Shown here: piece after piece, positions 17,144 to 26,676 of the stretch
Position numbering within the stretch: position 1 is the first letter of the stretch
How the letters are laid out: the number at the start of each line of letters is the position of its first letter
Virus record (IMG/VR): IMGVR_UViG_3300019093_000014
Span: 1-54,391 of that record
Strand: one strand, 5' to 3'
From: a virus
Lineage: Duplodnaviria; Caudoviricetes
Length of the DNA: 54,391 nt
The notes under the pieces: generated by a model
The model's database searches: none
Seen by the model: only the letters and a program-made list of their open reading frames with translations
Told to the model about the DNA's origin: nothing
Translations under genes and position numbers: made by a program

Positions 17144-17799
17144 ATTTTTGTTCTAATATATTGATATTTTTCAAAGATTTTTCTTGCATATACACTGACT
17201 CTAACTTCATCTTCATCTACTCGATCAAATGGCATTATGCAATAAAAGTTATTAATTAATTCGGTCATAGGCACTTTTAGTGTTTTATAAAGCACATTAG
17301 GATCATTAAATTCTGTTAAGTAGATCTCATAAATTTGATCAAAATACAATTTTCTATCACGTAATGATCTGGCTAGCGTGCCATTAATGTATATTTTCCA
17401 GCAAGTTTCTGTATAGTCTTGGATAACCGTGATGTCGTTAGTGGGATCATATTCTAAAGGAACACTTGTGTCCACTACATATGGAAATTGAAATATCACA
17501 TCATGCACACTTTGTAGTATTTCTTCTTGCTCATCTAATCGAATGAATGCATAGTCCTTGGCATCTGGACTGAAGACTACTTTATAGTTATGGATAACAT
17601 CTGTGCCTTCTAATAAGCTTTTAACTTGACTAAAAGTCACTGTGACCGATGGCAATGTCTGATCATTGGCCATGTTGGATATGCCTTTTATTTCCCCGGT
17701 TTCAGGTTCATAAAAGACAAATCTAAAATCATCTTGTTTAAGTTTGTTGTCGTAGGATTTTAAATCCTCTTCAGTAATGTCCCATTCTACTTGTAACAT
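17140..17799 (-). CDS. Hypothetical protein
   Basis: 219-aa acidic ORF translationally coupled on both sides. Confidence 0.75.
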   Translation of the reverse strand: MLQVEWDITEEDLKSYDNKLKQDDFRFVFYEPETGEIKGISNMANDQTLPSVTVTFSQVKSLLEGTDVIHNYKVVFSPDAKDYAFIRLDEQEEILQSVHDVIFQFPYVVDTSVPLEYDPTNDITVIQDYTETCWKIYINGTLARSLRDRKLYFDQIYEIYLTEFNDPNVLYKTLKVPMTELINNFYCIMPFDRVDEDEVRVSVYARKIFEKYQYIRTKI

Positions 17800-18642
17800 T
17801 TAGTTAATTCCCGTGATTTTTTCTAATTGATTCAATATGTAATCTGTTAAAAAACTATATTCTGTATAATGGAATAAGCCGTGTTGTTGATAGTTGCCTA
17901 TTTTAAGTTCACATTTTTTATTAAAATATGCCCCTATACTATCCTGCCAAGACTCAGTGGGACTCTCCCAATTTTGAATCATAGGCTTCATATGTGTAAA
18001 AGTTATGGGAGCATTTTTATGACTGATTAAATTTTCACAATCTAAAATCTTAGCAGCCAAACTCATAGTGACATCCATACTGGGCAATTTAGGATAGTTT
18101 ACATTGACATAACGTCCATAAAAAAGTTCCCAATTATTACTGATGTCTTCCACCCAATTGAAATACTCTTTGGAAAACTCGCTCTTTTTAAAATAAGCTG
18201 CACCAAAATAAAAATTTGGTAGATTATTACTATCAAAGGTTTTTCTATAATATCTACCAGTTATAATTTTTCCTCTATAATCTAACACATCACTAGTTAA
18301 AAATAGATTATAATTTTTTAAATAGTCCCACCAAAGATCTAAATTAGAGAATGCTAACATGTCAGCGTCTAATACAATAGTTTCATCGTATGGGCTACAA
18401 TGATAAAGTTTCCATCTATCTTCTGTCTTAAAAAAAGTCGTTGATTTATTTTGATCGCGCCAAGGTACTGGGACTATTTGATCAAATACCAAACGATATT
18501 TTTCAGGAATTTTATTATCAGTGACCAAGCTTATGTCAGCATCGGGCATATGATTTTTAATACTCAATGCCAATGCATACGCAGAACGTGTATATTTTTT
18601 TAATTTAGCATCTTCAGCAAAGATTAAGAACCCTTTAGACAT
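17800..18642 (-). CDS. GT-A fold (GT8-like) glycosyltransferase
   Basis: MSKGFLIFA...AYALALSIK...LVTD...SPYDETIVLDADML (DxD)...FTHMK. Confidence 0.75.
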   Translation of the reverse strand: MSKGFLIFAEDAKLKKYTRSAYALALSIKNHMPDADISLVTDNKIPEKYRLVFDQIVPVPWRDQNKSTTFFKTEDRWKLYHCSPYDETIVLDADMLAFSNLDLWWDYLKNYNLFLTSDVLDYRGKIITGRYYRKTFDSNNLPNFYFGAAYFKKSEFSKEYFNWVEDISNNWELFYGRYVNVNYPKLPSMDVTMSLAAKILDCENLISHKNAPITFTHMKPMIQNWESPTESWQDSIGAYFNKKCELKIGNYQQHGLFHYTEYSFLTDYILNQLEKITGIN

Positions 18643-20626
18643 TTAATTCCTCATTTAATAATCTACTAATACTAAACTTATTCATAACATGAACATTAAT
18701 ACCATTAGTTTTCATAACGGTATATTCTCCACGATATTTTTCTTTTTCAATTAAAAATTTCATTTCAGTATTGGTATGTTCGAGTAATATGTCTTTGTCA
18801 ATAGTATAGTATAATTTTCCTGGCAAATCGTGTGCCCATGTACCGTTTTGGTAGCCATTCATAACATGTATAGCAATACTAAAAGCAAAGTCATTTCTAT
18901 ATAAACTTTGCTCTATTTGATAGACATATCTGTAATAATTCCAATTTTCTTGTATATGATTTAGGTAGTCAAAGAAAATTTCAGTATTTTTATTTTTTCT
19001 AAAAAAGAACACAGTGGCCCAATAAAAGTCAATACTTTTATCACTTAGTGTAATTAATCTTGGATCATATCTATATCCACTGAGATCTACAGCTTGTTTA
19101 TGTATTAGAAAATCGTGTGGTTGTTGCCAGCAATATTGTAATATGTCATTGTTAATTAGATAGTCGCAATCAATGACCAATGTTTCATCAAATGGACTTA
19201 ATTCAAAACTTTTAACACGAATATCATTTTTAAATCTTAGTTTTTTATGAGTCATTGCTCCGTCAAAATATTGACGATATTGTGGAGCAGAATCATATAC
19301 TAAAAATCTTTCTTTGGTATCTTCCCACAAATCATATCTAATTTTATCTTTAGTGTTATGTGCAAGATCATAATTTATTAATGACATCCACAAAACTCTT
19401 TCATGAAATAATATATCGCCTTTATTAAATTTGGTTTGCTGCGTTAATTCTTTAATGTTTTCTAAAACAACGTCATATTGAACAAGACTGAATTCTTCTT
19501 TTTCTTCGTATTCAGTATGACACCTATACAAAGTATTTTCATACCAAACATGTTGACCTACCAAATAGGGCAAATTGGGATACCATTTATCAATGTCAAT
19601 ACCTTCATAAACCCTAGTGAAATTATCTTCAATTTTATAAGTTTTTTGAATATTAATATTAGTTATGATTTCTTTTTTTCTCTGTCCATTAATATCACTC
19701 ATCCAAAGACTACGATTAAAAAGAATTATGTCACCTTTGGTTATCTCTTCTAAAATATTCCCGTCTTGAACATTTTCTAATATAATATCATATTGACTAG
19801 CCTTAAACTCTTCTTTTTCTTCGTATTCAGTGTGACATCTATACAAAGTATTTTTATGCCAAACGTGTTGGCCTACCAAATAGGGTAAATTTGGATACCA
19901 TTTGTCAATGTCAATACCTTCGTAAACTGGTTCAAAGTCTTCAATTTTATAAGTTATAATTTCTTTCTTTATATCAAATTTGCTCATCCATAAATTGCGA
20001 GTATATAAGACCAAATCGCCTTTGGATAACTTTTCTATAGCTTCACCATCTTGAACATTGTCAATTAATAAAATATATTTGTCTTTGCTAAATGTTTCGC
20101 CTTCAGTGTATTGAATTGCACATCTATACAAAGTATTTTCATACCAAACATGTTGACCTATCAAATATGGTAAATTGGGATACCATTTATCGATATCAAT
20201 GCCTTGATAAACCGCATCAAAGTCTTCTTGATTAAAAGAATATATAGTTTCTTTAACAACCTCAATTTCTACCTTTTCAACAACTTCAACAACTTCAACA
20301 ACTTCAACAACTTCAACAACTTCAACAACTTCAGGACCTTCATTAATTTTTTGCCATATAGTGCCATTATAAAATGCTAAACTGCCTACAGGATATTGCC
20401 ATGTTGGTGCCCAAGGAGCAACTTCTGCTTCTCGAACAACTTTGATAACCATGTCAACATCATCCTTATAGTTAGGATATTGTTGATATAACCAATCAGC
20501 ACTGTCAGTGACCAATGCCACAGGTATTCCCAAATGCTGTTTTACTCTTCTTGCTGCATTTAAGGCCAATTTAGCATAGTCAATCTGCTCATTGTTTAGA
20601 GCATAGATTAAAACACCTTTACTCAT
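18635..20626 (-). CDS. GT8-like glycosyltransferase carrying a ~380-aa repeat insertion
   Basis: N-terminus MSKGVLIYA...LVTD and C-terminus SPFDETLVIDCDYL...RNDFAFSIA...VHVMNK are paralogous to 17800-18642, separated by aromatic repeats. Confidence 0.75.
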   Translation of the reverse strand: MSKGVLIYALNNEQIDYAKLALNAARRVKQHLGIPVALVTDSADWLYQQYPNYKDDVDMVIKVVREAEVAPWAPTWQYPVGSLAFYNGTIWQKINEGPEVVEVVEVVEVVEVVEVVEKVEIEVVKETIYSFNQEDFDAVYQGIDIDKWYPNLPYLIGQHVWYENTLYRCAIQYTEGETFSKDKYILLIDNVQDGEAIEKLSKGDLVLYTRNLWMSKFDIKKEIITYKIEDFEPVYEGIDIDKWYPNLPYLVGQHVWHKNTLYRCHTEYEEKEEFKASQYDIILENVQDGNILEEITKGDIILFNRSLWMSDINGQRKKEIITNINIQKTYKIEDNFTRVYEGIDIDKWYPNLPYLVGQHVWYENTLYRCHTEYEEKEEFSLVQYDVVLENIKELTQQTKFNKGDILFHERVLWMSLINYDLAHNTKDKIRYDLWEDTKERFLVYDSAPQYRQYFDGAMTHKKLRFKNDIRVKSFELSPFDETLVIDCDYLINNDILQYCWQQPHDFLIHKQAVDLSGYRYDPRLITLSDKSIDFYWATVFFFRKNKNTEIFFDYLNHIQENWNYYRYVYQIEQSLYRNDFAFSIAIHVMNGYQNGTWAHDLPGKLYYTIDKDILLEHTNTEMKFLIEKEKYRGEYTVMKTNGINVHVMNKFSISRLLNEELNV
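19370..20230 (-). repeat. Three tandem ~95-105-codon intragenic repeats (CBM5/12-like modules)
   Basis: VY(E/Q)GIDIDKWYPNLPYL(V/I)GQHVW...LYRC occurs three times; DNA anchor ctatacaaagtatttt at 19524, 19839 and 20124 (spacing 315 and 285 nt). Confidence 0.9.
20276..20333 (+). repeat. 9-bp tandem repeat (ttcaacaac)x6, encoding (VVE)6 on the minus strand
   Basis: Six perfect copies plus a partial ttca, read directly from the sequence. Confidence 0.95.
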
Positions 20627-20970
20627 TGAGTCAATGCCTCTACGCTTCTATTCTTTTTAAGAAGTTGATAATCGTTATAATAACTGTTTGAAGCAATAAA
20701 ATATTGATCAATTACATCATCTAAAAATTGTTGTAAATCTCCGACTCTAACTGGTAAGTCGTTGTCGTCAATTACCACAACATCAGTGGTATTGCCCATG
20801 TCTATTAGTGTTTTGAGGAAAGTAATAAGATCTTTAGTAATAGTGAATGTGCCACCATTTTGATAGTATACACAATCAGTATGATATTTTTCTTTTAGAG
20901 CTCGTTTTTGATTATTTAGAGTCACCATAAAATTGGCAAACTCTAGAGCCTTTTCCAGTCTTTCGTCCAT
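20623..20970 (-). CDS. Hypothetical protein, first gene of the enzyme operon
   Basis: 115 aa, strong AGGAG RBS, ATGA-coupled to the next gene. Confidence 0.8.
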   Translation of the reverse strand: MDERLEKALEFANFMVTLNNQKRALKEKYHTDCVYYQNGGTFTITKDLITFLKTLIDMGNTTDVVVIDDNDLPVRVGDLQQFLDDVIDQYFIASNSYYNDYQLLKKNRSVEALTQ

Positions 20971-20973
20971 AAA

Positions 20974-21010
20974 AACTCCTGCATTGTATATTAATTATCT
21001 GCTAGGAGTT
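20974..21010 (-). promoter_or_regulatory. RBS-sequestering hairpin with late-promoter-like GATAATTA in its loop
   Basis: mRNA sense AACTCCT-A-GCA GATAATTAATATACAA TGC-AGGAGTT: a 10-bp stem with one bulge that pairs the AGGAG of gene 20970. Confidence 0.6.
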
Positions 21011-21023
21011 GGTGTTAGAAAAT

Positions 21024-21923
21024 TTATGGACCGCTGACGGTAGCTATTGTAGGTGCATTAACTGCCACATTAGCGCCAGTAGCACGATAGTGTTGTACAC
21101 GACTAGTAGTAGTGCCACCAACAGCTTCATCAATGGTATTACTACCAGAGGTAGAATTTCCAGCGTCGTTAAAGTTAATAATTAAAGTTAAAACGGTAGC
21201 TGTTCCTGTACTATTATTGGCAACATTACAAGAAGCTTGTACACTAAAAATATTATTTGCATAAGTAAGAGTACTGGTACTAGTTAAAATTGTCTGAGCC
21301 GAACTAGTTAACCCATACCAACCTATACTGGATCCAGTAACACCAGCTGTTGTATTAGTATATCCAAATTTTATAGTACCAATAGTGGATAGAAAATTGA
21401 CCCAAGCATTACCTTTTGCAAGAGTATCGGCAGCAGCGCCTGATGAACTATGACTAGGAACTATTCTTATTTCTCCGCCTGCATTAAAAAAGTATCTAGC
21501 ATTGGCAGCATCAGCAAAAGTCACAGTCACATTATGAGTACGTGACCCGTTCCAATTAGCAAAGGTTGGTGTTACCCCATCTACTGTTGTTGCTTGGTTA
21601 ACATTTAATGTAAATTTATTAGTTTGTAATGTGGTTGCCTGACTATTATAGGTGCTCCAATCACTGGCTGTAATACTGCCCCCAACTGACACACTAGGAG
21701 CTGTGCTTGCTGCATTTGTTTGATGGTAGGAAATTTTATCCAAATCAGTTTTTAAATTTTGCATTTGGCTGGCTGTTATATTATTGCCAGCCGCTACTTG
21801 GCTACTACTGACTACCTGACCATATCCTGTTTGCTCAGATCCAGTACCTAATACATTACCCACTATGGTCTGTATTGCATTATAATCTGCTGCTAGTATT
21901 GAATTTCCGCTGCCAATAGCCAT
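21024..21923 (-). CDS. Thr/Ser/Asn/Ala-rich virion structural (fibre-associated) protein
   Basis: 299 aa, I.A.D/Q repeats, RYFFNAGG, no enzyme motif; own ATAAATA motif and AAGGA RBS. Confidence 0.65.
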   Translation of the reverse strand: MAIGSGNSILAADYNAIQTIVGNVLGTGSEQTGYGQVVSSSQVAAGNNITASQMQNLKTDLDKISYHQTNAASTAPSVSVGGSITASDWSTYNSQATTLQTNKFTLNVNQATTVDGVTPTFANWNGSRTHNVTVTFADAANARYFFNAGGEIRIVPSHSSSGAAADTLAKGNAWVNFLSTIGTIKFGYTNTTAGVTGSSIGWYGLTSSAQTILTSTSTLTYANNIFSVQASCNVANNSTGTATVLTLIINFNDAGNSTSGSNTIDEAVGGTTTSRVQHYRATGANVAVNAPTIATVSGP

Positions 21924-21938
21924 TTTAATTCCTTTCGT

Positions 21939-21946
21939 TATTTATT
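21939..21946 (-). promoter_or_regulatory. Late promoter motif AATAAATA
   Basis: In the 21-nt gap upstream of the RBS and ATG 21923. Confidence 0.65.
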
Positions 21947-23804
21947 ATAGTATTATACATTCTACTAGTTTAATACCAGCTTCAACGTTGGTTTCTAATG
22001 CTATGGCAAATGCATCATTGTGATTGCCAAATGCCTGTGCTGTTCCATTAGGAGCTGCTACTAGTCTTTGACCTTTAATAACGCTTCCATTAACTTTAAC
22101 TGGTACACGACCCTTTAGCGCAACTGCCACTCCGCCTTCTAATCCATCGTTCATCAAGTAAGCTGGGTTTTCAGATACAACTCCTATGGCACGGAATCCT
22201 GTTTGTGCTGCTGTGACTTCTTTATCTCCTCCAATCATTAATACGGTACCAACTTCATAGTTAGCATCAGGTAGATACTTTTCCGCCAAGTCAGCATATT
22301 TTGCTGTGGTCGAAACTCCATCAAATTTAATACATTTTAGTGTGTTTGTGTTTGGGTTATATGTTAGTGCATCATTATCAACTCTTAACTTATCAGTGCT
22401 AGTGTTGCCAGTAGTAAAAGTACCAGTAGTAAAAGTAACAAAATAATTAGTGTTAGAATCTGTGGTATTAGTGACTTCAATTCTTGAGGCTTCACCAACG
22501 TTAAACAATCCACTCAATGAAGTCCAAGCTAAATCACCACTGTCGTTTATAGCTAATACTTGTTTAGCCGTGCCTTTGGCTAAAAAGCTAGTTAAATTTG
22601 GCGAGCTTTGATAGACAATTGCTCCAGCACTGCCACCATTGATACTATCAGTATTATCTACAGCTCCAATAAATCTACGGGCCGTGATATCACCGTTACC
22701 ATCTCTAACAGCCGCAGTATTAGCTGTTGCTGCGGTTGCCCCAGTTCTATAAGTTCCGCCAACATTTAAATAGTCTGCTCTAGTAGCAGTGCCACTGACA
22801 TCGCCATTAAAATTAACAGCATAAACATTACTAAATTTATTATCACTTGATCCCACAGTACTATATTCAGAACCAGGTAATATGGCTACCCCTTGTAATT
22901 TAAACGGAATCTTTTCAGTGGTGCCTCCACCTTGAACATTTACTGTGGTCTTAAAAATTATAGATTTATCGGCTGAAACATTTTTAATAACAGCATTGGT
23001 ATTATCAATAAAAACAGCTAAATCATTACTATTCCCAACAGTAAATCCGTCGTTAAGAAATCTAGTACGAGTTTCAAAAATTGGATTGCCTGTTCTTACA
23101 AAATCAGTGGCAAGAAACCCATTTAATTTTACTGAATTTGATGCAGTCCCCCAATAGATATAATTGTCATCTGAAACTCCACTATTAGAAGTAGTATGAG
23201 CTAAAGTAATACCTATTTTAATTGTAGTAAATACTGCTGCTCCATTTTCAACTAGATCAGGATCTAGTTGAGTGACACCTGTTGGTAATGTAAACTCGGA
23301 TTTACTTATGATAAAAATAACTTTGCCGTCAATAATACCTTTAATAATTGGGTGAGGGTCGCCATTATTATCGTCAACGCTGGTACTTTTAAGTTCAGTA
23401 GTTTGTGCATTTTGAACAGCCTGTGGACCAATAAGTACAAAATTGTCGCCCCCGGAACAAGTATATAATTGATTGGTTTCAGTGTTATACCAAAAATCGC
23501 CTTGAGATAACCCACTAGGTTTAATCCGTCCTGTTTCAGTACCACCAGCACTTTTAAATTGAGAACCGTCAAAAAACTTTAGTTTTTTAACACTGGTATC
23601 ATACCAAATTTGCCCTGTTATCTTCCTAGAGGGAGCTGAGCCACTGGCAAAGTTTTCTAAAAGATGTACGATATTTTCATTTTGAACTTCACCGTAGCCG
23701 GCATAATTTCTGCCAATAAGACTGATATCTAATGTATTATCCACTGTGCCATCTTCTACAACTGCAACCAGTGTACCATCATATTTGTTAATATTATATG
23801 GCAT
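21945..23804 (-). CDS. Tail fibre/spike protein with C-terminal intramolecular-chaperone-like (peptidase G2-like) domain
   Basis: Shared fibre N-terminus (LIGRNY.GYG...HLLENFAS...GQIWYD); C-terminal YADLAEKY...IGVVS.NPAYLMN...VALKGRVPVKV. Confidence 0.75.
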   Translation of the reverse strand: MPYNINKYDGTLVAVVEDGTVDNTLDISLIGRNYAGYGEVQNENIVHLLENFASGSAPSRKITGQIWYDTSVKKLKFFDGSQFKSAGGTETGRIKPSGLSQGDFWYNTETNQLYTCSGGDNFVLIGPQAVQNAQTTELKSTSVDDNNGDPHPIIKGIIDGKVIFIISKSEFTLPTGVTQLDPDLVENGAAVFTTIKIGITLAHTTSNSGVSDDNYIYWGTASNSVKLNGFLATDFVRTGNPIFETRTRFLNDGFTVGNSNDLAVFIDNTNAVIKNVSADKSIIFKTTVNVQGGGTTEKIPFKLQGVAILPGSEYSTVGSSDNKFSNVYAVNFNGDVSGTATRADYLNVGGTYRTGATAATANTAAVRDGNGDITARRFIGAVDNTDSINGGSAGAIVYQSSPNLTSFLAKGTAKQVLAINDSGDLAWTSLSGLFNVGEASRIEVTNTTDSNTNYFVTFTTGTFTTGNTSTDKLRVDNDALTYNPNTNTLKCIKFDGVSTTAKYADLAEKYLPDANYEVGTVLMIGGDKEVTAAQTGFRAIGVVSENPAYLMNDGLEGGVAVALKGRVPVKVNGSVIKGQRLVAAPNGTAQAFGNHNDAFAIALETNVEAGIKLVECIIL

Positions 23805-23823
23805 TCCCTAAACCCCTTTAGAA

Positions 23824-23831
23824 TATTTATC
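23824..23831 (-). promoter_or_regulatory. Late promoter motif GATAAATA
   Basis: In the 31-nt gap upstream of ATG 23804. Confidence 0.65.
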
Positions 23832-23835
23832 AAAA

Positions 23836-26676
23836 TCAAGCATTATCATCGACCCACCCTCTGGTAGCACCAGTATAAACTAAGTTAAAAGCTCGTCCTG
23901 GAGTAGTAATATTAATATCATTAGTAGTAGCATTAATTAAATTGCCGTTTCTTCTAATAAACAATTGGGCTGCGACACTAACCCCAGTTTGATCAATGAA
24001 TCGAATTTCATCCCCCACATTTGGTGTTAACGGCAATGTTATTTGAATATTATTATTGAATCTTACAGTATCTATTAATAGTCGATCTCCGGCCTTAGCT
24101 TCATAATTATTTCTAATCACTTGCCAAGCAAGTGTTAACTTGCCAGGGATATCAACTACTGTATCAGCATTACCAATATTAATAGTATCTACCTGATCTC
24201 CTATTCCAGTGCCGTCGTCAACAAAAAGATTTGCAATATTTGTTAAAGATTTGATCTGACCTTGTTCTAATATAAGATCTTCTTCTATTTGAGCGTTCCA
24301 AATTTTAGCTGTAGAACTAGGGCCGTAAATTTTTCCGTTAAGGTATATATCCCCAGTAACACCCAATGCGCGTGATGCACCAAATGTTCTCACTAAGTCT
24401 GAAGCTATAATTACATCTCTATTATCTTTAAATAATAGACCAGATCCTCCAAGACTATTAGCATTAGGGTCAATAGTTAAACTAATTAAATCATTGTTAA
24501 TAGTTAAATCATGTTGAATAGTGACCATACCGCCCACTTGTAGATTAGCAGTATCCTCAATGCGTCCTATCTTAATTTGACTGGCTACTGCACCGATTCT
24601 TAAGTCAGTGACAAATGATGGGAATAAATCAAATTCAGTTGTAAATTGACCTACAGTAAATGTTCCTTTACTATTAATACCTTGACCATTAACTGTGATA
24701 GATCCGTTAATTCCTAAATTATTTTTAATAAGAGTTTGACCAAAAGTATTCCCAACCTCAATACTAAATGCAGCTCCACCGATGGCCAAAGATCTAACAT
24801 TTTCGTTGAATACGCTGGCTGATAATGTATTAACATCGGATCTAATGTCAGCCTGTAAACCACCAGTTAATGAATTGCCTTTAATTACAATGTCGCCTTC
24901 AAAATATGCTGAAGAATTACGCACATACAATCTACCATCAGTAGAACCAATAACTATATTATCAGCTGTTCTCCCAAAATTTATATTTCTAACTTTATTA
25001 TCAAAAAGATAGACTGTTTCTGCCTTACTCTTTATATAAGCTGGTGTACTATCAGCATATCCTACATAAAATTCACCAATTACATTTAAATCATTATTAA
25101 TGTAAGTATTACCAGTTACAGCACCTATAGTAATAAAAGTAGCCTCATTGCCAAAATATATATTTTCTACGGTATCTGGTAAAAAATTAAAATATAAACC
25201 AGCAGGATTTGAACTAGTGATTTCAGCAGTTCCTGCCACGTCAAAAATTAATTTTTTTCTTAATACCAAATCTTCTTTGGCCAAAACATTTGCTTCAAAT
25301 TCAATGTTATTATTGGAATTTAAAAGTAAATTGCCCGATGTGGATCTAACTGTATTTCCTCTAATTAAAATATTACCTGTTTGAGTTTCACCAATTACTG
25401 ACAAACGATTTTGTATATCTACATCATTATTAAATTTAACTAAACCAGTAGTAACACTTCCAATGTTTATAGTATTTGCAGCAGAACCCATATTAATGGT
25501 TCTAACTGCGGTATTAAGCAAATTAAAATTAAGTAATGTGGAATTTAAACTACCGCCATTAATATTGACATTTCTTACAACATTTAAATCGTTATTGATG
25601 GTAGTAGTACCAGTACTACTACCAATACTAATCGTTGTAGCAGCGCCTGCCAAATTCAATGTTGTTGCTGTGGTATTGACGATATCAATTGAATTACTAT
25701 TAGTTACAATATTATTACGAAAATTAGCATCGCCATTGATATCTAATGTGGCCAACGGGGTCGAATTATATATGCCTATTCTTTTATTACCTGCACTGAC
25801 AAAAATAGCATCACTTGATGTATTAGTATTGTCTTTTGCATTTATGGCAAAATTACTATTTTGAATAGTATTTTTAATAACAGATAGCGCAGGACTTATT
25901 TGGAATATTAAATTATTAGACGAGCCTAATGTTAAAGGAGTTTGATTTATTATAGTTAAAGCACCATTGATAGCGCTATTTCCAACAGTTTGGACAAAGT
26001 TACTAGCATTAATAACATTGCCGAATGCATCAATTAAGTTTTGAGCATTTAATGCTGTGGCATAAAAATTAAATTCAGAAATTGCTGGTGTGAATCCCTT
26101 TTTTACCACACCAGTTATACCTTCAGTTTGTAAAGTACGCCCATTTGTGGTTAGATAATTTGGGGTGAATGTGTCTTTACTGAATATACCTAAAAGTACA
26201 TCCCCAATTTTTAACTTAATTAATGTTTTAATTGATCCGCTAATATCAGTTATATTAACAATTTCGTATCCAGATACACCTTGTTGAGCAGTATATATAG
26301 GGCCAGCTAATCGTGTGCCTTGACCATCATTAAAGTACAATTGTCTTCTTAAACTGTCAATCCATATATCGCCAGGACTTAACGCTGGCTCTGTACTACT
26401 GATCTGTGGCCTATTTGGTTCTTTAAAAACACTACCGTTAAAAATTCTAATTTTTTCTTCACTGGTATCATACCAAATTTGACCTTTGATTGGATACTTT
26501 GGAGCACTAGTACTAGCAAAATTTTCTAATAATTTAACAAAATTTTGATTAAATTCTAAACCATAGTTATTTGTACTCTTGCCTACCAAGGTCAAATCAG
26601 AGCTGATTTTGTCAACGCTATTGTCTAAAATATCAGCTAGGATAGTTCCATCAGTTTTAGTTATGGTATATGGCAT
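23836..26676 (-). CDS. Long tail fibre protein
   Basis: Shared N-terminus (KLLENFAS...GQIWYD); about six internal N/D.....I..G..A..I.IG...G....NNDL repeats; C-terminal AGDRLLIDT...ITLP..P..GD.I.FID...LVY...GW module like T4 gp34 repeats. Confidence 0.75.
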   Translation of the reverse strand: MPYTITKTDGTILADILDNSVDKISSDLTLVGKSTNNYGLEFNQNFVKLLENFASTSAPKYPIKGQIWYDTSEEKIRIFNGSVFKEPNRPQISSTEPALSPGDIWIDSLRRQLYFNDGQGTRLAGPIYTAQQGVSGYEIVNITDISGSIKTLIKLKIGDVLLGIFSKDTFTPNYLTTNGRTLQTEGITGVVKKGFTPAISEFNFYATALNAQNLIDAFGNVINASNFVQTVGNSAINGALTIINQTPLTLGSSNNLIFQISPALSVIKNTIQNSNFAINAKDNTNTSSDAIFVSAGNKRIGIYNSTPLATLDINGDANFRNNIVTNSNSIDIVNTTATTLNLAGAATTISIGSSTGTTTINNDLNVVRNVNINGGSLNSTLLNFNLLNTAVRTINMGSAANTINIGSVTTGLVKFNNDVDIQNRLSVIGETQTGNILIRGNTVRSTSGNLLLNSNNNIEFEANVLAKEDLVLRKKLIFDVAGTAEITSSNPAGLYFNFLPDTVENIYFGNEATFITIGAVTGNTYINNDLNVIGEFYVGYADSTPAYIKSKAETVYLFDNKVRNINFGRTADNIVIGSTDGRLYVRNSSAYFEGDIVIKGNSLTGGLQADIRSDVNTLSASVFNENVRSLAIGGAAFSIEVGNTFGQTLIKNNLGINGSITVNGQGINSKGTFTVGQFTTEFDLFPSFVTDLRIGAVASQIKIGRIEDTANLQVGGMVTIQHDLTINNDLISLTIDPNANSLGGSGLLFKDNRDVIIASDLVRTFGASRALGVTGDIYLNGKIYGPSSTAKIWNAQIEEDLILEQGQIKSLTNIANLFVDDGTGIGDQVDTINIGNADTVVDIPGKLTLAWQVIRNNYEAKAGDRLLIDTVRFNNNIQITLPLTPNVGDEIRFIDQTGVSVAAQLFIRRNGNLINATTNDINITTPGRAFNLVYTGATRGWVDDNA

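Noticed and set aside
19370-20230. Near-identical repeats as a diversity-generating retroelement template/variable pair
   Set aside because: Differences include C/T and G/T changes, mostly at synonymous positions. All copies are in frame within one gene and no reverse transcriptase is present.
20276-20333. Repeat array as CRISPR
   Set aside because: 9-bp units with no spacers, inside a coding frame, and no cas genes.
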